NCBI GenBank assembly: GCA_026396805.1
Contig: JAPLVZ010000002.1
Coordinates: forward strand, 1-57,801
Direction of reading: 5' to 3'
Source of the DNA: Candidatus Falkowbacteria bacterium
GTDB lineage: Bacteria; Patescibacteriota; Patescibacteriia; Patescibacteriales; UBA12465
DNA: 57,801 bases
Positions 52,716-57,801 of this stretch are shown here, in pieces. The notes beneath the pieces were generated by a model, which was not told where the DNA came from, did not search any database, and saw only the letters and a program-made list of their open reading frames with translations. A program made the position numbers and the translations under genes. Numbering within the stretch: position 1 is the first letter of the stretch; each line of letters opens with the position of its first letter.

Positions 52716-52842
52716 TTGATAAAAATTGACAGATGTGGTAATTTTAAATGTTGAATCTAGAGACTGATTTAGAGTTGGGTTTAATCGACAAGTTTGAGCC
52801 GTGTCAATCGCGGCCGCTTCTAAATTAAAAGAACTTTAACAA
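52716..52842 (+). promoter_or_regulatory. Promoter, structured leader and boxA-like sequence
   Basis: TTGATA-17-TAATTT with TG extension; TGATTTAGAG/TTCTAAATTA-closed multi-stem; GAACTTTAACAA (52831-52842). Confidence 0.5.
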
Positions 52843-52868
52843 TTTAAAATACTGATATTAACTAAAAA

Positions 52869-53627
52869 ATGAAAGGGAATAAAATGGAAAGAAAAATTTT
52901 TGAAGCCGCTGTTTGGGCTTTCGCCAAAAGTGGACAATATGAAAAGGCTTTAAACGCCACTTTTAAATTTAAAGAAGGTTTAAATCTCTCAAAACAACTT
53001 TTCAAATACTATCTACGACAGATGGATTTGCTAAATTGCCGCAAATTGTCAGCCGGCGACTGGACTCAGATTTTGGAATATTTCAAAGCGGCTCTTGAGG
53101 TTGCTGAAAAAATTTACTTTTTTCAACGCCATTCTCGCTATAGAAAAGAAGTTATTATGAAGGGATTGGAATATCTTCAGAAACCGAATGCTCCCGTAGA
53201 GGAACTTGTCGAATTCTTATACGAAACGCGGGCGGGATTCGACGACGTTCTCATAAAAACGGTGATAAAAATTTATTTGAGTATTCCCCAGCTTGGAGGC
53301 GCGGAGATATTAAAAATTACCCAGTTAATGATGTCGGAAGAGAGGCTTCCAGAGGTTAAAAAACTCGTCCCGATTTTTATTAAACGGGGCGACTATGAAG
53401 CCTTGGAACTGATAAGAAAAAATGACGGAAAATTTGGAGACGAAATCATTTCCCAGTCAGAGCAGATAATTCTATCCTGTTTGAGGCGGGGGAGAATAGA
53501 AAATGCTGCCGGGGCGGTATCTCTAATACCTGACGATAACAAACGTCAAAAGTACTGTATGCTCCTCGGTGTCGATTTTGTGCCTAATGGCTCTGATGTT
53601 TCTGACGCCGAAGAAAAAATAAACTAA
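52869..53627 (+). CDS. Hypothetical alpha-helical (repeat-like) protein
   Basis: 252-aa ORF with amphipathic helical segments (GQYEKAL, GDYEALE, GRIENAA); no recognised family. Confidence 0.65.
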   Translation: MKGNKMERKIFEAAVWAFAKSGQYEKALNATFKFKEGLNLSKQLFKYYLRQMDLLNCRKLSAGDWTQILEYFKAALEVAEKIYFFQRHSRYRKEVIMKGLEYLQKPNAPVEELVEFLYETRAGFDDVLIKTVIKIYLSIPQLGGAEILKITQLMMSEERLPEVKKLVPIFIKRGDYEALELIRKNDGKFGDEIISQSEQIILSCLRRGRIENAAGAVSLIPDDNKRQKYCMLLGVDFVPNGSDVSDAEEKIN

Positions 53628-53637
53628 GAGGGGAAAC

Positions 53638-53667
53638 AAAAGAGACGTTTTTTAAACGCCTCTTTTT
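53638..53667. terminator. Bidirectional terminator between the orphan gene and rpmB
   Basis: AAAAGAGACGTTT-TTT-AAACGCCTCTTTTT. Confidence 0.75.
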
Positions 53668-53687
53668 CATATCTTGATTTGAAAATT

Positions 53688-53900
53688 TTATTTTACCGGC
53701 TTTTTCGATTTTCTCTTAGCCTTGACGCGCTTCGGTTTATTAATAGTGCGCAGGCAAGAAGTGCAAAGTCTGGCCTTTGAACCGTCAACGATTCGACTCT
53801 GTAAATTGATATTCTGTCTTTTTAGGGTCTTGATTTTAGAATGAGATCGGCTGGCGCCTTTAGTCGCGCTCCGTCCGCATAAATCGCATTTTTTCGCCAT
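53688..53900 (-). CDS. rpmB: 50S ribosomal protein L28
   Basis: MAKKCDLCGR, SRSHS...T.KRQNINLQ, LCTSCLRT. Confidence 0.93.
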   Translation of the reverse strand: MAKKCDLCGRSATKGASRSHSKIKTLKRQNINLQSRIVDGSKARLCTSCLRTINKPKRVKAKRKSKKPVK

Positions 53901-53989
53901 ATTGGTTGGGGTTATCTTCTTTATTTTTTTAATGGTTTTATTCTAACAATGTTTTTAAAATTAATCAAGCTATGCTATAATATTTCCAT

Positions 53990-54589
53990 ATGATTGAAGT
54001 ATTTCAAATTGTTATTCTGATATTATCGGCCGTCGCCCATGAATATATGCATGGCTGGATGGCCTATCGCCTCGGCGACAATACGGCCAAGAACGCCGGC
54101 CGTCTGACTTTAAATCCGTTGGCGCATCTGGAATGGTTCGGGTCGTTATTTTTACCCTTAGTCATGATCATTTCCGGGATGCCGTTTGTTTTCGGTTGGG
54201 CCAAGCCGGTTCCTTATAATCCCTTTAATCTCCGGGATAAGAAATATGGTGAAGCGAAAGTGGCTCTCGCCGGTCCCCTGGCTAACCTGATAATTGCGGT
54301 ATTTTTTGGTTTATGTTTAAGGTTCCTGCCATTTTTTAGTATTAATTTCTACGGCCTTTTGGGAGTTATCGTCTATATCAACCTTGTTCTGATGATTTTT
54401 AATCTGGTGCCGATACCGCCCCTGGACGGTTCTAAAATCTTGGCGACCTTTTTGCCGGCGCATCTCCGGGAGCGCTATTTGGGAAGCGAAAGGATAGGTT
54501 TTATCTTTGTAATCCTTTTCGTGATGCTGGCCGGAAGCCTGATTATGCCCCTAGTCAATTTTTTGTTTAAAGTTATTGTCGGAGTTTAG
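53990..54589 (+). CDS. Site-2 protease family (M50) membrane metalloprotease
   Basis: HEYMH, GRLTLNPL.H, GWAKPVP, ALAGP.AN, FNLVPIPPLDG. Confidence 0.93.
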   Translation: MIEVFQIVILILSAVAHEYMHGWMAYRLGDNTAKNAGRLTLNPLAHLEWFGSLFLPLVMIISGMPFVFGWAKPVPYNPFNLRDKKYGEAKVALAGPLANLIIAVFFGLCLRFLPFFSINFYGLLGVIVYINLVLMIFNLVPIPPLDGSKILATFLPAHLRERYLGSERIGFIFVILFVMLAGSLIMPLVNFLFKVIVGV

Positions 54590-54644
54590 GTCTCTAAAGA
54601 GGGGTTTTCGCTAAAAATAGCCATTCCTGGATTTTTGGGCGACC

Positions 54645-54673
54645 TTGACTTATGTTTTATATTTTGTTAAATT
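54645..54673 (+). promoter_or_regulatory. Sigma70 promoter of the str operon
   Basis: TTGACT, 17 nt, TG-t-TAAATT. Confidence 0.6.
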
Positions 54674-54747
54674 AAATTAGTAATAAAAACAGTCTAAATT
54701 CATCCTGAGTATTCAGGATTATTTTTGATTATCAAGATTATAAGTTT

Positions 54748-55170
54748 ATGCCAACAATAAACCAATTAGTCCGCCAGGGACGCAAATCGCAGGGAAAAAG
54801 ACGCAATGCGATCGCTCTTCACACCAGCCTTGATTCTTTGCACCGCAAGAAGAAAGACACCGCTAAAGGCGCTCCTTTTAAACAAGGCGTCTGCTTAAAG
54901 GTAACTACGACCACTCCGAAGAAACCGAACTCCGCTTTACGTAAAATCGCCCGCGTCCGCCTGTCTAACGGCATGGAAGTCACCGCCTATATTCCGGGCA
55001 TGGGTCATAATCTGCAGGAGCACTCCATCGTTTTGGTAAAAGGCGGGAAAACCAAAGATTTGCCGGGTGTCCGTTATAAAATCGTTCGCGGCGTTTTTGA
55101 CGCTTCCGGCGTGGAAGCTCGCCGTCAAGGCCGAAGCTGTTATGGCGCCAAGAAACCGAAAAGCAAATAA
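54748..55170 (+). CDS. rpsL: 30S ribosomal protein S12
   Basis: [38 protein letters not shown]. Confidence 0.98.
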   Translation: MPTINQLVRQGRKSQGKRRNAIALHTSLDSLHRKKKDTAKGAPFKQGVCLKVTTTTPKKPNSALRKIARVRLSNGMEVTAYIPGMGHNLQEHSIVLVKGGKTKDLPGVRYKIVRGVFDASGVEARRQGRSCYGAKKPKSK

Positions 55171-55191
55171 TTGAAAAATTAAAATAAATTT

Positions 55192-55659
55192 ATGAGAGGC
55201 AAACCAGCTCCTAAAAGAACAATCGGCGGCGACGCGAAATATAACGATATCAATATCGCCAAATTTATTAACTATGTCATGGAACGCGGCAAGAAAAGCG
55301 GGGCCGAAAAGATCGTCTACGGCTCTTTTGAGATTTTAAAAGACAAGACCAAACAGGATCCGCGCCATATTTTTAATAAAGCGATTAAGAAAGTTTCTCC
55401 GCTGGTTGAGGTCAGGGGCAAGCGCGTCGGCGGCGCCAACTATCAGGTTCCTTTTCAGGTTCGCGGTGAAAGACGTTATTTTTTGGCTTGCAATTGGATT
55501 ATCAAGGCGGCTAATGACCGCAAAGGCCGCTCAACCGCGGAAAAATTAGCCACGGAGATTTTGGACGCTAGTAACGGTGAGGGTACGGCGGTTAAGAAAA
55601 GGGAAGCGGTTCATAAGATGGCCGAAGCCAATAAAGCCTTTGCTCATTTCTCCAGATAA
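55192..55659 (+). CDS. rpsG: 30S ribosomal protein S7
   Basis: FINYVM..GKK, RVGGANYQVP, HKMAEANKAFAHF. Confidence 0.98.
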   Translation: MRGKPAPKRTIGGDAKYNDINIAKFINYVMERGKKSGAEKIVYGSFEILKDKTKQDPRHIFNKAIKKVSPLVEVRGKRVGGANYQVPFQVRGERRYFLACNWIIKAANDRKGRSTAEKLATEILDASNGEGTAVKKREAVHKMAEANKAFAHFSR

Positions 55660-55702
55660 ATCAATTTCCTTAATATTTTTTTAAAGTAAATTTATACATA
55701 AA

Positions 55703-57781
55703 ATGGCTCGAGACTACGCGTTGGAAAACATCAGGAATATTGGTATCATGGCGCACATTGACGCCGGCAAAACTACTTTTACCGAGCGTGTTTTGTTTTA
55801 TACCGGTAAGAAGCACAAGATCGGCGAGGTTCATGAAGGCGCCGCGGAAATGGACTGGATGGAACAGGAAAAAGAAAGAGGCATCACCATCACCTCCGCC
55901 GCCACCACTTGTTTTTGGAAACACAATAAAATCAATATCATCGATACTCCAGGTCACGTCGACTTCACGGTTGAAGTCGAGCGATCCCTCCGCGTTTTAG
56001 ACGGGGCGGTCGCTGTTTTTGACGGTCAGGCCGGCGTTGAACCGCAGTCCGAAACCGTTTGGCGCCAAGCGGATAAATATAATGTTCCCCGCCTTTGCTT
56101 CATCAATAAGATGGATAAGATGGGCGCGGATTTTTACATGAGCTTGAATTCCATCCGTACCAGATTGAACCAGAAAGCGGTCGCTATCCAGTTACCTATC
56201 GGCACGGAAAGTAACTTAAAGGGCGTCATTGATTTATTGGCTCAAAAAGCTTACCAGTTCACCGGCATCAACGGCGTCAATATTGAAAAAATTCCGATTC
56301 CGGAAGATATGAAAAAAAAAGTCGCCGAGTTCCATAATGAATTAATCGAAAGGGCGGTGGAATGCGATGAAAAAACGATGGAAAAATATTTGAGCGGAAG
56401 CGAAATCAGCTCGGAGGAATTAAAAACCGCCATTAGAAAAGGCGTTATCGCTAACGCGATTTATCCGGTTTTATGCGGGGCGGCACTACAAAACATCGGC
56501 GTTCAATTAGTTTTAGATGCGGTCAATGATTATCTCCCGTCTCCTTTAGATGTTCCGAAGCTGGAAGTGACCGATGTAAATGACGCGGATAAAAAAATAA
56601 TCATTTCGGCTGATGATAGCAAACCTTTCGTCGGTTTGGCTTTTAAGATCGCCACCGACCCCTTCGTCGGCAAGCTTTGTTTCGTTCGCGTTTATCAAGG
56701 CGTTTTGACCGCCGGTTCTTATATTCTCAACTCCTCTAAAGATAACAAGGAAAGAGTCGGTCGCTTGGTTCGCATGCACGCCAACCATCGCGAGGAAATC
56801 AAAGAAGTTTGCGCCGGCGATATCGCCGCCGTCATCGGTTTGAAAAATACTACTACCGGCAATACTTTATGCGCTGAAGATAATCCGGTCTTGCTGGAGT
56901 CGATTGTTTTTCCGGAACCGGTCATTAAGATTGCGGTTGAGCCGAAGACTAAGGTTGATCAGGAGAAGATGGGCGTCGCTTTGCAGCGTTTGGCGGAAGA
57001 AGATCCGACTTTTAGAGTAGAAACCGACCCGGAAACTAATCAGGTCTTAATTTCCGGCATGGGCGAACTTCATTTGGAAATCATCGTTGACAGAATGAAG
57101 CGCGAATTCGGCGTGGAAGCCAATGTCGGCAATCCGCAAGTTTCTTATCGTGAAACCATCACTAAAATCGCGGAAGCGGAACATAAGTATGTCAAACAAT
57201 CCGGCGGACGCGGTCAATACGGCCATTGTTCTCTGCGGGTTGAACCGCTTGAGTCCGGTAAAGGTTTTGAATTCGCCGATGAAGTTAAAGGCGGCGTCAT
57301 TCCGAGAGAATTTATTCCGGCGATTGAGAAGGGCGTTAAAGAAGCTCTTCTTAGCGGTACCGTGGCCGGTTATCCGATGATTGACGTTAAGGCGGCCGTT
57401 TTCTACGGTTCTTATCATGAAGTTGATTCTTCGGAAATCGCTTTTAAACTGGCGGCCATTTTCGCTTTTAAAGAGGCTTGCCAAAAAGCTGGGCCGATAC
57501 TCTTAGAACCGATCATGAAAATTGAAGTCACCACTCCGGAAGAATATATGGGTAACATTATCGGCGATTTGAGTTCCAAGCGCGGGCAGATAGAAGAAAT
57601 GTCCGATCGCGCGAACATTAAAGTCGTGAAGGCGAAAGCGCCGTTATCGGAAATGTTCGGTTATTCCACCTCTCTGCGTTCCATGAGCCAAGGCCGGGCC
57701 AATTACACGATGGAATTTTCCCATTACGCCGAAGTGCCGAAGAGTGTCTTGGAAATTATAAAAGAGAAACAGGGTAAATAA
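55703..57781 (+). CDS. fusA: Elongation factor G
   Basis: [49 protein letters not shown]. Confidence 0.99.
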   Translation: MARDYALENIRNIGIMAHIDAGKTTFTERVLFYTGKKHKIGEVHEGAAEMDWMEQEKERGITITSAATTCFWKHNKINIIDTPGHVDFTVEVERSLRVLDGAVAVFDGQAGVEPQSETVWRQADKYNVPRLCFINKMDKMGADFYMSLNSIRTRLNQKAVAIQLPIGTESNLKGVIDLLAQKAYQFTGINGVNIEKIPIPEDMKKKVAEFHNELIERAVECDEKTMEKYLSGSEISSEELKTAIRKGVIANAIYPVLCGAALQNIGVQLVLDAVNDYLPSPLDVPKLEVTDVNDADKKIIISADDSKPFVGLAFKIATDPFVGKLCFVRVYQGVLTAGSYILNSSKDNKERVGRLVRMHANHREEIKEVCAGDIAAVIGLKNTTTGNTLCAEDNPVLLESIVFPEPVIKIAVEPKTKVDQEKMGVALQRLAEEDPTFRVETDPETNQVLISGMGELHLEIIVDRMKREFGVEANVGNPQVSYRETITKIAEAEHKYVKQSGGRGQYGHCSLRVEPLESGKGFEFADEVKGGVIPREFIPAIEKGVKEALLSGTVAGYPMIDVKAAVFYGSYHEVDSSEIAFKLAAIFAFKEACQKAGPILLEPIMKIEVTTPEEYMGNIIGDLSSKRGQIEEMSDRANIKVVKAKAPLSEMFGYSTSLRSMSQGRANYTMEFSHYAEVPKSVLEIIKEKQGK

Positions 57782-57801
57782 GATTTAAAATTATGTTTCC
57801 G

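Noticed and set aside
441-57618. Many 60-170-aa antisense or alternate-frame ORFs in the supplied track
   Set aside because: They overlap well-supported genes and lack motifs; treated as shadow ORFs.

Overview
Bacterial chromosomal window read with genetic code 11. The gene set and style point to a Patescibacteria/CPR (Parcubacteria-like) genome; this is an inference from short ProRS and AlaRS, AT-rich SD-less starts and cohesin/dockerin surface genes. About 42 kb is housekeeping: ruvA, proS, mreBCD, rmlC/rmlB, a second mreB, GT4/GT2 glycosylation genes, an S8 protease, mraY-ftsW-murG-murC-(ABC)-murB, alaS, infA-rpmJ-rpsM-rpsK-rpsD-rpoA-rplQ-rplM-rpsI, prfB, comEC, rpmB and rpsL-rpsG-fusA. 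The most notable part is a ~15.6 kb accessory block (32.9-48.6 kb). It holds one giant (~2,230 aa if repaired) repeat-rich, trimeric-fibre-like surface protein. That gene is out of frame at a G10 homopolymer (G9 restores it, so candidate phase variation) and broken twice more inside its repeats. It is followed by a class A beta-lactamase-like protein, a GT-A glycosyltransferase plus SAM methyltransferase pair, and a dockerin plus two cohesin surface proteins. Other oddities: RNA polymerase alpha with no alpha-CTD, a degenerate PilB/GspE ATPase, a TCCGCC-N4-GGCGGA palindrome that also sits in frame in MurC and S9, three orphan genes sharing a promoter + boxA-like + long-hairpin leader, and a covarying 64-bp direct repeat bracketing an orphan gene next to comEC. 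No rRNA, tRNA, CRISPR array, transposase or integrase was seen. All family calls come from motif recognition by eye, not database searches.
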